Source: Hypanus sabinus (taxonomy: Eukaryota). From it: a stretch of 64,000 nucleotides of DNA. Shown one piece after another: positions 14,144 through 28,300 of the stretch (the first letter of the stretch is position 1; the number at the start of each line of letters is the position of its first letter). Both the position numbers and the translations under genes were made by a program. The notes below the pieces were generated by a model that was not told the DNA's origin, made no database searches, and was given only the letters and a program-made list of their open reading frames with translations. The stretch covers positions 55,800,001-55,864,000 of the forward strand of contig NC_082707.1 in the NCBI RefSeq assembly GCF_030144855.1, in the 5' to 3' direction.

Positions 14144-14149
14144 TTTATT
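14144..14149 (-). terminator. Candidate distal poly(A) signal of SLC33A1 (another AATAAA at 15702-15707)
   Basis: AATAAA on the - strand at the far end of about 2.3 kb of AT-rich DNA with no recognisable repeats after the stop. Confidence 0.35.
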
Positions 14150-14686
14150 TTTAAAACACAACTTACGTTTGAAATCAGGATGTGGAAAGCACATTGTCGT
14201 TGGTCACTGCTTTCACGCACAATAGTCTTTATATTTAAAGAACATCAAATGAGTTTAACCTGGGGGAAAAAACTTCACAAGTTTCTAGCAGCTTACCTAC
14301 AAATGGTTGTGAAAGTTAGTACTTTGTTTACAATCAAAATCAATTATAAATTATTAGACTCCAGAAGAAAAATATTATACTATTGAGATGACTAAATACA
14401 GTATGTCGATACATCACAGATAATTTAGTAAATGCTGAATAATTCAAAGTTCTCAGTTTGTAGTTAACTTACAGTTTTGAGTAAACAGATTGTCCAAATG
14501 AAGGATTTGGAAGAGACTGAAACCCAAGTCAATCCCACTTAGTGAGAAATTCAGTCCTACAGAAATATTAGATCTATTTCGATTGATTGAAATTTCACCA
14601 ACAAAATGGAGATTGGTAGGTAACAAAAGGAGAGGTTTTCTCCTTCCATAAAGAATTTTGAATGACTGAGAAAGAAATATACCACT

Positions 14687-14740
14687 TGGTACCATGTACC
14701 ATGTACATATTAATGGTACCATGTACCATGTACATATTAA
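14687..14740. repeat. Perfect 2 x 27-bp tandem duplication
   Basis: TGGTACCATGTACCATGTACATATTAA occurs twice. Confidence 0.95.
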
Positions 14741-16435
14741 TTTCAAATCCATGTTATTTAACACATTCTCCTCAGATCAATAAATATTTCAGACTATAGG
14801 AAAGGTCTGAAGAGTTTAAATGACAAAATTTTGAAATGATGAACCAGATGTTACAATAGCTGGAATAAAATGCAAGTCATAATGTGGAAATCAGCATCAT
14901 TCAAAAGGTCTTAAATACAAGTTTCTGTCACTGAGTTTCTCTAAAGGCCAAATATTTCTACTGTTATGCTCGCATACAGTTTTCAAAAATAAGTTGGAAG
15001 TGAATAATGTTTCATTATATCAGAATGCCACAAAGCAGTTCATATTTAATAATTATTTTTCAATTATATTACTTAATACGGAAGCTATTTTGAAAATGGG
15101 AGTATTTCATAAACAGCCAATGCATTTAAATGAATACTTCATCTTATCATGGAGCTCTTAATGTAGAGAGAAGGATTGGCTTGAACATCATAATTTCAAA
15201 CTCTACTTCAAATAATCACAACCACCTAGTTTTCATAATTATCTAAAAAGAGGACGGTGTCTTAGTTAACATCTTATCCAAAGATGATGTCCCCACTGTT
15301 GCAGGCAAATATTAGTCTAAATTATATTGTTCAAATCCTGGACAGACTATTGAATAATGATCTTTGGATTGAATGATTACCACTACATGATATCACAGTT
15401 GATTTAGCTAAAGGAATAAAGGCATTTCACTGGTGCAATCCTGTCTTCATTTGAGAAATATATATATATATATATAGAAGATAGCTTTATGGAAATTAAA
15501 GTAACCAGAAGGACTATAGACAGAAGTAGTAATTTGAATGAAATCCATTTAATGTACAATATACAATGCTGTTATTTTGCTTCTTTGATATGTCAGAAAA
15601 GGATGTTTCACTTTTTACAAATGCTCTATGACCTGCTGGGTGTCTATCAAATTTTCTTTTCCTTTTCTATGCTACTCTGATGTCATCCAAGTTTATCCCA
15701 ATTTATTATGTTTTATAAAATTAGTTTAAATAGCTGTAGCATCTTGCTGAATTTACATTTCATCCCCACCCCCCTACATGCGATGAAACAAAATTAAAGG
15801 TGAAATGTATGATAGAAACACCAAAGCAAGGTGACTTCAGAATTATTCTTACAGGCAAGTCTCTACACTTAAGTCCACTATCAGGTTAAGTCGTATTGTG
15901 TGGTAACGTTTCACTGATATAGTACTGCAATTTTGTGGGAAGGTAAACATCTAAAACAATAGCATCCTTAATGTAAATAGACCCAAAATATTTATATGAA
16001 TTTGCAATTCAAAATGTAGCCATTGTTGCAATTACTAGATTTACTAGACCAATTGTGCTCTTAAGTAATTGCTCTGTGAAGCATTTTCACTTTCAGTAGA
16101 GAGGCAGTAAGCTTGCCAATTTTTCTAACAGGCATGCAATTTGCTTTAGAGCCACTGTTCAAGTGTACCTTATATGACATCTGAAATAATGCAACTTGAT
16201 TGCTATCTATGTAATGGATGTTGTTGCACAAGTAGGCAATTTTTAAACTTCAACAAAAAAAGCCTAATTAAAATTAGTGCGATACATAACCGGCACTACT
16301 TGTAGCATACAGCAATCATTTGACATACTCAAATTAAATGTTATAAAACTGATAAAATACTTTCTTTTTTCAGTCTCTTGAACACTGGCCAAGAGATCCA
16401 ATTTTCATAAAACTCCACAAACTTCCATTATGAAC

Positions 16436-16603
16436 TCAATTATTCCTCTTGCACTGCCATGTGGATGGATGCTCATTTTGTAGATTTCTGAATTTTTTCC
16501 CATACCGGAGCCACCATGCAAGTCCAAAGAAAATGCAGAATACAGATTCTACATAGTAGCCATCAGTTATTGTTGCACATGAACCACCAGATTTAACACA
16601 AAG
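16436..16603 (-). CDS. SLC33A1: SLC33A1 last coding exon (LCVKSGGSC...DGYYVES...WQCKRNN*)
   Basis: ATACAG| acceptor, 168 nt to TGA; spliced CDS totals 1620 nt = 539 aa plus stop. Confidence 0.97.
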   Translation of the reverse strand, partial: LCVKSGGSCATITDGYYVESVFCIFFGLAWWLRYGKKFRNLQNEHPSTWQCKRNN

Positions 16604-17196
16604 CTGTATGTGGACAAAAAAAAAGGAGAAAGTTTCAATTATAATGCAGAGGTTTATATTTGTTGTGATCAAGCATGAAAAGCACTCACACAGACAATAC
16701 TATAGATCAGTTTCCCAACCATTTTTAGCCCAACACCCACCTAAAGCACTTTCATAATTGCCAATGCCCCTCTTAGACAATACACTTTCCTGTGTCCTCA
16801 AAGTGTAAAAACATCTTGACCAAAAGCTTACATGAGAAAAATGATTCATGCTTTAAATTTTGTCTGTCTTTAAACTTAGCTTACATTGTACCTTCGCGCT
16901 GTACAGCAGCTTCCAGATCAATGTGATCCGGAGCTTGATGGTTATTTGCAAGAGCTGAAATATCTGGTTTAAACTGTGACAGTAAAAGCGTTAAGTCCCT
17001 ACATGTAACAATGTCCAAGCAGTTTGTTTGTTTGTTTTTTTTTGAGTATGTGGTTCATTGCACTGAAGCCTCCTTCAACAAGGTAGGAGGATGGAAATGC
17101 AGTTTGGTTCTTCTCCAAAGACCAGGAAAGTTCGTATAACATAGCCACATACCACAAAAGTTGACATTTTTGAAAAACATTTTTACGTTTTCACTA

Positions 17197-17810
17197 CAGG
17201 CAATCCCCGGATAACATACGAGTTCTGTTCCGGAGTCTGTCTTTAAGTCCGATTTGTACGTAAGTTGGAACAAGTACATCCGGTATTATTTAGCGTCAGT
17301 TAGTCAAACGTTTGTCTTAGTATATAGTATATATTTTACCTTTCTATGCATATAAAACACTTAAGAAACGTATGTATTCCAATAATTAAACCACTGCGTT
17401 GCTTAGTAATAATTGTAGCTTTCATTGGGGCAGGGCTTTTCACATGCTCCATTATTCTCACTTTATCCTTTAAAATTGTTCCGATCATTGACCGACTGTA
17501 GCCTAACGATTTTCCAATGACCAACGGTGCTTCACCTCTTTCCAAACGCTTTATTATTTCCACCTTATTTCAATTGCGATTGCTTCCTGTCAATGGAACA
17601 GAAACACTGCAGACAGCAGGTCTCATGCTCTGCCGGGTCCTAAGGACCACTGCTCTGAGACAGGCTAAATGGGCCAAGTGGGGGCTGTGCTGGATTTGGG
17701 TATTTGATCCTCCACAATATTCCGCGTGGGAACTTAAACTGGAGGTGGCAGTGTTTTTTTTTAAGAGGTTGAGTTGTGAGCTCAACATCAACTCGGCACA
17801 GATGGTATGG
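17197..17810 (-). mobile_element. Tigger/pogo non-autonomous fragment
   Basis: TA|CAGGCAATCCCCGG terminus; CENP-B-type HTH EIIKRLERGE...IGTILKDK. Confidence 0.8.
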
Positions 17811-17819
17811 GAGTCACTG

Positions 17820-18264
17820 GATCGACATCAACCATGCCAAAGCATGCCAATGAAGAAAACAATGGGTAACTTGCAAGTCTGGAATCTTCTTTTTTATCAA
17901 TGCAGAAAAGCCAGATTTATTTCCAAACATTGCAGGCACCCCGTCAGTGCACACAGAACCAATGACCTTGATATCTAAATCATGTTTGGCAAAGAAGTCT
18001 TTCACCAGCTGCATCACATCCTTTGCAGTTGTGTTTGTTTTCAGATCTTTACAAAACAGGAAATTTTCCTTCACAGCACCATCATTGACATACCTCATTA
18101 ATGTGATGAGAACGGAGTGTGCTTGGGACAAACGTTACTACCACTTTTCAAGGCACACTGGCAGCTGGCTGAGTGATGACTCGAGACTTGTCACTCAAGG
18201 ACACAAGCCACTCTTTGTTGCACCCCCTGAAATTCCATCTCGCACCCCAGGTTGGGAACCCCTG
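17820..18264 (-). mobile_element. Second hAT (Charlie/ZBED8-like) fragment
   Basis: RYV...ENFLFCK...VCTDGVPAMFG...THCFLHWHALA; terminus GGTTGGGAACCCCTG|GTCTAGAA. Confidence 0.85.
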
Positions 18265-19642
18265 GTCTAGAACAGCAGATACCTGGGAACGCCACCACTT
18301 GGAAATCCCCCTCCGAGTCACTCACCATTCTGTTCCTTTAATGTTGCTGTGTCAAAATCATATAAGTTGCTCCCTAACAGCACTGTGCATGTACCTGCAC
18401 CTCAGGGACTACAGTGGTTCAAGAAAGCAGCTCATCACCACCTTCTCAAGGGTAACTAGGGATGGGCAACAAATGCTGGCTTAGCTGGCGATGCCCACAT
18501 CCCGTAAATGAACAGATTTTAAAAATCATGTTCTTAATGGGAATAATTTTATCCTCAATTTTTAACTTTTTGCAAAAAAGAATCTCTTCATAAACTTTTC
18601 CATTTTTGATAAACCACACGCCATTAGCAATACCCTGTTGTCTCGCACAGTTGACTCATCCAATTGTATCCCAAATTGTTTTTTTTTGTAGCTCTGTGCA
18701 TAGTTGATACTCAATGTCTTGTTAATACGATGAGCTACTGAGTTATTACTCAAAGGAATTGATTTTAAAACACTGGTATCCATTTTGAGAACAGTGGTGA
18801 GAACTTCTGATAAAGCAGGCATTATTAATCTTTTACCAATTGTATGAGATTTTCCACACACTGCTATCATTTTGGAAATGTTATAAGAAGCAATGACATC
18901 ACTATCAAGGTCATTTTTATATTACTTGACAAATGACTCGAGTGTGCAACTCTTTTCAAAATCTTCTTTCATCTTCTGGAACTGAATGATACCATAAGTA
19001 GCCTTTTTAAGAGCTCCTGCAATTATGGTTTCATTAGACAGTATGTACAGTATTACAAATAAGACACAAGGCATCATTGATCTGACAGGAATGGAATAAA
19101 ACTATATTCTTGGTACGCATCTCTCTGTAGCTTCTGTTTCTTAGCAGGATCAGAATTCAAGGCTTCACTGCCTTCAGACTTCGAGATTGTGCCATACATA
19201 TTTAGCCATCATTAAGGGGGCTACTAAATTAAAATAAAAAATTACCACCAACTGGGAATGTCTATTGGGTGTTGATGACATCAGCAAGTTGATGTGCATG
19301 GAACAATGGTAGTGGCACACGAAGGAACAGCGAGATGAAGGTGAAAACGATTATAACAGCAAAAATTGAGATTGGAATCTGAATATTAGTCAGCATAGAG
19401 CCGGTATTCAGCAAGCTACGTTTATACTATTCCAGTTAGTGTGACTCACCAATCACGTAAGCTCTCGTAATTATCAAGGTATAGTTAAGGTGCCATTTAC
19501 AGTCCATCCCCAAGAATCTTGAATGCTCCTCCCCCGACGACTCCTATTTCCCCATCGCCCCCTTAGGAGCGGGCAGTAACACCCCCATTCTGAATAACTG
19601 CGGTAGATCATTCATTTTTACCATTAGTAAATAAAGACTCAC

Positions 19643-19858
19643 CTCCAAATCTGCTGCTGATCTACAACTTTGTTCGGGCACACCTACACATTTCTTGACA
19701 GTGAGTGGATCCACTAACCAAAGGGCTGCAGTAGCTGGCCAGTTTCCAGCAAGATTACAGATGGTATTCAATAAAGTCATGTATGTTCCTCCAATTGAAG
19801 GATCACTAATCTTAGCATTAAAAGCCATAATAGCAACATACATGCTATAGACAGCTAC
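19643..19858 (-). CDS. SLC33A1: SLC33A1 coding exon 5 (VAVYSMYVAIMAFNAKISDPSIGGTYMTLLNT...DLE)
   Basis: TTTTCAG| ... GAG|GTGAGT, 216 nt. Confidence 0.97.
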
Positions 19859-20924
19859 CTGAAAAGTGGAGAAAAACAAAAAGTCAATACAGTTGACAAA
19901 TTATCAAGGTAAATGCAATTCCAAGAAAATTGTTCTTTTTTGAAAGACCATCTATAATAAACTCAAACAACAAGATAATGTATAATTAATGTACATTTTG
20001 GAAATATTCAGCTTGTTCAAATATATTTGGATTTGCATGTCAAAATTACTACTTTTATAATTAAAAAAATAATTTAAGATACAAAAACTGTTGACATACA
20101 CAAACAAAAGCAACATTTGTAGAGACATACATAGCATCAGGTGCCTGAATAAAATGTGAAGAGGTCAAGTAAAGATAGCCAAATTCTAATGCAGATGTGA
20201 AGCATTACAAGGCCAAAAGACCCAATTACCAGTAAACTATCATTCAGAGAGAAGGGTTAAAGATCAACACCTGGAAAGGATTTTTTATGCATAATAGTGG
20301 ATATAAAGATATTGGAAGTAATTTAAAAGATAAAACAAAAAGTACAAGTTGGGTTTTCAATTAATAGAGATTTTCTAGATCATAATTTGAAAAACAATTT
20401 GTCAAGCTACCAAATGTAGTCTGTCAGATATCTTATTCTAGATTAGAATGCCTGAACTATCTAATTTACACACAACATAAAAAATATCTGGAAAAACGTT
20501 TCTTAATGTGTAAAATTGATTTAATAATCTCTATGTCACAATAAATACCAAAGGGACAATGTGTTTCTAATGATTTACAGATTACCTTTATCTTCACATG
20601 TACATCATATAGAATGAAATGTATCTTTTGCATCAAGACCAAACACAGTCCAAGTTTCGCCATGCTTCCAGTGCCAATACAGTATGCCCACAACTTACTA
20701 ACTCTAACCTTTGGAAAGTGGGAGGAAACTGAGCACCTATATGGTCACAGGGAAAATGTAAAAACTCCTCACGGATAGCAGTGGGAATTGACCTGTGAGA
20801 TCGTTGATGCTGTAAAGTGTTAAGCTAACTGCTATGCTACTGTATCGCTCTCCTAGGTTGAACAGGGCAAGGTGATCTTGCTCTCTAACTTTCTTTTATA
20901 TCCATTTGTTCATTACTTCATTAG

Positions 20925-21890
20925 CAGTTTGAAGAGATTTGGTATGACAACAAATACACTCAAAAATTTCTAAAGATGTACCGTGGAGAGCATTCTGATA
21001 GGCTGCATCACTGACTGGTATGAACACTACCTTACTTTTTAAATATATTATTTCTATTTTTTGCACAATTTTAATCCATTCAATGTATATTGTAATTGAT
21101 TTACTTATTATTTTTCCCTTCTATATTATGTATTGCATTGAACTGCTGCGCTAAGTGCAGCGTTGCCAGGATAATCAAGGACGTGACCCACCCAGCTAAC
21201 ACACTTTTTGTCCCTCTTCCCTCAGGGAGAAGGTTCAGGAGCTTGAAGATTCGTACAGCCAGATTTGGGAACAGCTTCTTTCCAACTGTGATAAGACAGC
21301 TGAATGGATCCTTACCCGGATCTGGGCCGAATCTTCCAAATATCTGGACCTGACTTGCACTACCTTACTTTCCCTTTGCATTTTCTAATTATGATTTATA
21401 ATTTAAATTGTTATTATATTTACTTTGATTTGTATTCCAGGAAGCACGAAGCGCAGAAACAAATATCGCTGTGATGATTGTACGCTCTGGTGTCAATTGT
21501 TTGGTGACAATAAAGTAAAAGTTGACAAATTTCACGACACATGCCACTGATAATAAACCTGATTCTTTTTCTCCATGCTTGAATCTTTTAACCCAAATGC
21601 ATGTGTGAATCAACTAACTACAAGTTAATATTTAATGTTGGTATTTCAAGTCACTATTTATTGTCATTTTGACCATAACTGCTGGTACAGTACACAGTAA
21701 AAACAAGACAACATTTTTCAGGACCATGGAGCTACATGAAACAGTACAAAAACTGCACTGAACTACGTAAAAACAACACAGGAAAAAAAAACTGCACTGG
21801 ACTACAGACCTACCCAGGACTGCATAAAGTGCACAAAACAGTGGAGACATTACAATAAATAATAAACAAGACAATAGGCACAGTAGATGG
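20925..21890. mobile_element. Cluster of nested Rex1/Babar-type 3' ends
   Basis: IIKDVTHPANTLFVPLPSGRRFRSL...NSFFP; several 3' tails ending in AATAAA. Confidence 0.75.
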
Positions 21891-22643
21891 ATGACAGATG
21901 AACATCTGCCAATTTTCCAAACAGTCTTTTCTGCAAGTTCAAGGTGATTTCTTCTCTGATTCAGAATAGATCTGGCCTTGTCTTTCATTAGTCTTAAATT
22001 AGCTTTAATGTATAATCACTGTGCTGCTATAAATATCTGGCTATGTGACACCTTCACATACACTAAAAGATATGGAAGACTACATCCGATCAGTTGTTTA
22101 TTGAGCCAATTCGTCTTCAATATATTTTGAATCAGACCTCAATGAAGAGGATGCAAGGACTAATTATAATGCAGTGATGTCACAGAAAAAAAACATATTA
22201 GCCACCTTAGAACCCCAGAACTGGAGTGGAAGCAAGTTATTTTTAGTTCAGAGGAACAAGTTGAGAAAGAAATTACCTGAAAGAAATGAGAACTAGCCTG
22301 TCCAGTGCACATACAGTTCTGCAGATAAATCTGAATACTATGAGACTAACTTGAAACCACTGCATTCCTTATTTCCAGTTCAGAAATCAGCTCAGTATCT
22401 TTTGAAGAAAAAAATCTTTTTATTAATAACCCACCTTCAAAATTAATGAGAAAGTAAAATGTTGACTCAAGGTCAAATTCAGAAGTCGGTTTGTTGAACA
22501 TTATAACTGCCAGTTCAGAAACATGATTTAGTTTAGTTCCTTTAAGGATTCAGTACATATAATGAGCCATTTTCAAAAATACATCTTAGTATTTTACAAA
22601 ATATTATTTTAATGCAATATACTAATCCAACGCACTCTCTCAC

Positions 22644-22761
22644 CTGATGCAAGGCATAACTTAACAGCAGGATTCCATAATAATACACAGGGAACTCTGT
22701 ATCCACTTTTACCAAAGGAGTCCAAAATACTAACAGAGCAAATACTATACCCATTGCTAAC
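22644..22761 (-). CDS. SLC33A1: SLC33A1 coding exon 4 (LAMGIVFALLVFWTP...YALHQ)
   Basis: TTACAG| ... CAG|GTGAGA, 118 nt. Confidence 0.96.
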
Positions 22762-25209
22762 CTGTAATGGAGAGAGACAAGGCATGTTGTAATTAATTTT
22801 CTAAACTACTAAGTGTAAATGTAATTGTTGAACCTATATTAATACTTTATTATATTATTGCCATATTTCACATAATAGACTAATTACACTTGTCATTAGG
22901 CTCCATTTCACTTCATTGCAAAATTAAGTAATGCAGATGAATAATCATAGAGTACATAGGGCCAGCGTGTCCATGATAACCTCAAGAGTTCATTAGTATT
23001 TCGAGTATTAATCCCAATTACCAGCACTTGGTCCATAAACAGCTATGCCTTGGCAATTCAAGTAGTCTTCTGGATATTTCTTAAATGTGAGAGTCTCTAC
23101 CTCCACAAGTCCCTAAGATTGTACAAGTCAGATTTCAAACACCCTCCTGGTGATACAGTTCATCAGATTCCCTCTACCTCAGGGGTTCCATGGACCCCCA
23201 GCTTAACGGTATTGAGCTATGGGATAAAAAACAGTTGGGAATCTTATTTCCTCAAAGATTTAGACATAACTGCCATAGAGATAAATTTCCTACTGTCAAT
23301 TCTATCTTCGCCCCTGGTAGTTCTGCATTATTTGGTCTCCAATTGACACTTCCATACCAGTTGGGACATCATGTTACAAATGTAAAAGTCATTGGTGACA
23401 TCACATGGAGTAATATATAAAATTCTGTTTGTCCAGCTATAGGCAGGATAACATTAGGCTAGGAAGGCTGCAAAAAAGATTCACACACATATACAATCAA
23501 AACAAGAGTAAATAAAGGGCATGATCACACTTTTTCCCAGGATAGAGGAGGGCATTGATTTAAGGCAAGAAGGGAAACTTCCTCGACACAGGGGGAGGTG
23601 GGAATATGGAACAAGCTGCCATTGGAAGCTGTGTATTTGGGTACATTACAATGTTTAAAAGACATTTGAACAGGTATATGCTAGAAAATCCAAGAGAGAT
23701 ATGGCCCAAATGTAGGTAAATGTGGATGGCTAAGACAGATACCTTGGTTGCTGTGATGAACTGGATCTGAGGGCACGTTTCTCAGATGTGTAACTTTATA
23801 ACCTTCTCTGTTCCAAAGCAAACAAAACTGGTGAAGCCACGCTATCCTCAAAACTGAAACCTGGAGATAAACTTGGATCAAACTCTTTCAAATCCTAGCA
23901 AATCTCTTCTGCACTCACTCTAATACAATTTTGTCAGGATAAATATTATAAAGTTATAATTTTGCAATGCATAACATAGTTCTGAAAAACTGTTGTTACT
24001 AGAGTGCATCTTTATTATTTCTATATACAAAGAGCAGTTGCAAAATTACCCAGAAAATACAAAAAAAAACAGAAACAGATTAGCAGCATTGTATTACATC
24101 TCCTATAGAAAGTTCCAACTTTAGTAAATTTCCTTCAAAAGAAAAAAATAGCAAGAGCTGAAAATCTGAAATGAAGTTAAAAAATGCTCGAAACACTTTC
24201 GGCCTGCATCTGTGGAAACAAAGAGAATTGTATTTCGGTGTATTAACATTCCATCACAAACAAGCAACCATTTAGTGGATATTTTTCTTAGTTGTGAAAA
24301 CACTTTTGTTAGCAAGACATGAACCAAGTTTGAAAAATGAAAGGTTGATAAACACCTCCCTGTGATTCTGCCTATTTATCATATCTATTCAATTGATTGT
24401 TGTTAAAGTATACATTGTCCTGAATTCCTTCAGATCAGAACAGTAATGTTTTGATTTATCAAATTTCACTTAAACATTATTGGCTCTGAGGTAGGAGACC
24501 TTTTCTTTCCCCCCACCCCCCACTGTAACAAATAGCTCACCACTTTTCACCCACTAAAATGCACTATTTTGTACAATGTTTATAGTTAACAAAATTCAAT
24601 TTAATAATACATTCTCTTCTGCAAACTCCCAGTATATCCTGTGAAACTATGCAGTACTGTCAGTGCATTCTATCCCATTTGGATTTAGATCACAGAAATC
24701 CAACATCTTGGTGTGCACTATCAGGGAGCTGATCATTGTGCTCTGGTTCCAAAGGAACATAATTTCAGTAGCAATGAAGATGGACTTCAGAAATGCATTC
24801 CAACAATGTGGAGGTTTATTTCCTATTTAACTATGTCCTTGCTTACTTTTTTGGGAATTCTGTCCTTACAATGATTTTTAAAGTTTTTTTTAAAAAAGAA
24901 AAAACAAAATTCAATTGGAGAGGGGAGAAGTTAAAAAGCAACGATTTGGAGTAATACATTTTGTGTTTACCCTGCAAATAATACACTTCATAGCGTGTCC
25001 AATTAATCTCTGCATTTTTGTTATACTTATTGAAAAGCAGTCTCAGAAGTTTATAACAGAAAAATTGCCATAGGATTAGAACAGAGGCACCAGGAACCTT
25101 GCATGACATCCAAGTTAAGGTTTTTTACCCCCAGCACTCTGTTGTGTCCTGCTAACATCTACCTTCCATTTCCTATCAGTTTGAAGGGAGATAGCAAATC
25201 ACACTTTAC

Positions 25210-25394
25210 CTGAATGGCACTGCCCAATAAAAAACATCCAGTGGTTTCTGGCCTGCTGTATATTTACTTATTACAAGAGGTAGCATTATCTGCAGAGGAA
25301 CCATGGGTACTGCGAGAATAGCCAACTGCTCTTTAGGCACACCCATCTCAATCAACTTCAGTCCAGTCACTTCATCAGCAGCTGAGAAACCAAT
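25210..25394 (-). CDS. SLC33A1: SLC33A1 coding exon 3 (IGFSAADEVTGLKL...WAVPFR)
   Basis: TTTTCAG| ... |GTAAAG, 185 nt, frame-consistent. Confidence 0.96.
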
Positions 25395-28300
25395 CTGAAA
25401 ATATACATGTTAATTGGAACTATTATTAACTTCTATAAAAGTTAAACGATTTAGTTAAAATAATGGTACCAAAATGCTTCCAAGTAAGACACAATTGATT
25501 ACAGAGCATCATCCGTGCCAAGTTCTGCCATTGCAATGTGTTTCAATAGCACTCAATTGCTCTTGCAATTTTATTTAAAAAAAAACACCATTGTGTAGTT
25601 ATGTTAGACTACTTCTCAGTGCAAATTCCTAGTTAATCATGACATGCTAATGAATTTAGCAGACCAAACAGAAAAAATATTTAAAATCTCCAGCATAAAT
25701 ATTTATATGGATTAAAAATTATTTGATTTTTTAGCATAATGCTATATAGTATATAGCACAATTTTCATTGGTTAATTATTAAATGATGTAAAGTACATTA
25801 ACGCACAAAAAAAGGATTCTGTTGCTCAAACTAACTCCCCATCCTGTGTATTGAATAAAATTTCTGAAATCCAGATGTTTCTGGAGTTAGATCAACAACG
25901 GGATGAAACTTCCATGGTGTAGGAGCACTGGCATGGGTCCACTGATATAATTGAATGGACTGACTTCATGATGTCAGAAATTGATTTACAGTATCATGCA
26001 ACCATCGCAATCGCATTGCAAGGGAACATCTTCAGAATATTTGAAAACTATTCAGACTCATTCAATGCTGGAATTTGTTACATTCTGAATGAAGTTTCCT
26101 GTAACTGATATCACCAGAACATTCTTCTAGGTTGGAACATTTAATTTGATGGTGGCAATAAAAAGTAATGCCAACATTCAAAGAGGAGCAATTCTTCATA
26201 TGTTTACTAACCTTTCCTTAAATGCATCTGTGGGAAAGTTAATGCCTTTCATTGTTCTGTACGAGGCCAAATAACTAATGTCAGACTGAGACAACTATGA
26301 AGGAACAACCACATTGGTCAGTACAATTAAATAACGAAAGCAAATCAAGTGCTGAAACTACTCTCTCTGGACAACACTGAGCTAACGGGAATACAATGTT
26401 TTGATTAAAAAGGAACTACCAGTGAAGTAGAATGACCTGATAATAGTTACCTAATACCATGGTTTGTATAATTGTATTGATACGCTTTTCTGAACTGATA
26501 AAACAGGAAAAAATATTGCTTTAGCATTTTGTTCTAGATTAATAATATTTTATTGTTATCTCATCAACCAGGCAGTTTAACAGATCAAACAATAATGCAG
26601 CAAAAGACTATTTTCTTTTCGGAATAAAATACAAGGTAATTGAAGTACAAAGGAATTATTTACAGTATGGGAATATTTAATATAAATTTAAATATTAATC
26701 AGAAAATTTATCTGAGATGCAGCAATAAAGATTGAAAAATATGAAAGAATTTATTGAAATAACTTGAGAATTTGTGCTACAAATAATGGTAGCATGCTCA
26801 GTTGCAGCAGATTTTACGGGACCAACCAAAGGTGTTATTGTCTTTTTTTAAAAAAAGTATTTTTGTTTACGATCACAAGACACTGCTGGACATTAAAACT
26901 TAAAGAACTGCAGGTTCCCCCTCCCCCCCAACCCCAGTGAGTTGCTCATTGGCGGAGAAACTAAAGCTATATTTGCTGCTGCCTGCATCATAGAGATGTC
27001 AATGAGTCATTGCGCAAAGGTGGTGTGAAGTGTAACAGTCAGTGACCCCGAGTTGCTTTACTTGTGATTGTAAGACCCTGTTGGACATTGTTGATGTGCA
27101 ACGCTACAGGTCCGATTCACTGATTTATCGGTGGATGGCAGAGGAGCTGTGTGGCCTCTGTTGTAGCCAGGACAAGGCCTCCCACAAGGTGTTGGCTGGC
27201 TACAGCTGCCCCAGGAGAAAGGCACTGGAGTCTGTGTACTCCACCAGAGTGCTGGGGACCGTGTGGCACGGCGTCCAGCTGGACTCAGTGTTGCCTCCCA
27301 AGCATTCACTCGGAAGACTGGAAGCCATATTGTGTTTGACTGCAGACTGTTGCAACATTCATGGACTCAAGATCTTGGGCTGTATTTTTTGTGTGACAAT
27401 TTTACTGGTATCTTTTAGGTGCTTGCCATCCTATATGTGCTACATGTGTCTTGTGAAGTGTATGACCTTGGCCTCATTTGGCTGTATATATGGGTATTCA
27501 TGCATGGTTGAAATACAATTAAACTGGAACTTGTACAAGCCTTTAAAACATGTCTCAATTATAACAATTATAATTCCAAAATGAAAATATTAACAAACTT
27601 GGAGTACATTTGCAAAGACCATGGCTTCCAGAATTGAGCTACACAGTAAATCAAATGATTTCTGTTAGGATTTTACATTTTAAATTCGTCGAAACAAAAG
27701 AATCATCATAAAAGTTGTTCATTGCATTCTCAGAAGAATTCAATATGCTTGCTAATAGCAATAAAGTAATGACAACACTTTCTCAAATCATATGTATTTG
27801 TAGAAAATGATTACAAGTACAATTTACGGAATATTGCTTCAAGGAAGGCACTTGATCCAGATTCCACATAAAAACTTAAGTCACTGACTTGGTTTGAAGA
27901 ATGCTTGGGTGATCAGACATCCAAGCATAGTGATTATATAAATATGCATTCAAATTGCAAAGATAGATTACATAAACTACATTAATATTCTATGTACAAG
28001 AGTTAACCATCCAGAGATATGAATAACTATTTTAGCACTTTGAAGGGAGTCAATTACAGTACTGTCAATATGCCAAAATTTAAACATCCTGACTTGATCA
28101 CACGTTGAGAAAACTTTGAGCCTCTTTCATCGTCTCCCTGACTCTTACTAGGAGGACATTAAAGGGGGTCTGAAAGTGATGCAATGGAAATTTTAAAAAA
28201 TCTGATATTACCTACAACAGTCTACCAGTGCATAACAGTATTTCAGGGAGACTTCATGAAATTGGAGCCTTTACAGTAAATAACTCTTTATGTCTGTATC

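Larger units (their letters stand above)
16708..19600 (-). mobile_element. hAT (Charlie/Buster-like) transposon with nested insertions
   Basis: CAG...CTG termini with flanks CTATAGAT/CGGTAGAT; GKSHTIG...SIPLSNNSV...IQLDEST at 18560-18870; FPSSYLVEGGFS dimerisation motif near 17060-17100. Confidence 0.75.

Noticed and set aside
14687-14740. Duplicated TGTACATA as Pumilio sites
   Set aside because: The perfect motif is on the + strand; the SLC33A1 mRNA strand reads UGUACAUG.
17814-18870. Domesticated ZBED/SCAND-type transposase gene
   Set aside because: Fragmentary, frameshifted and still bounded by transposon termini.
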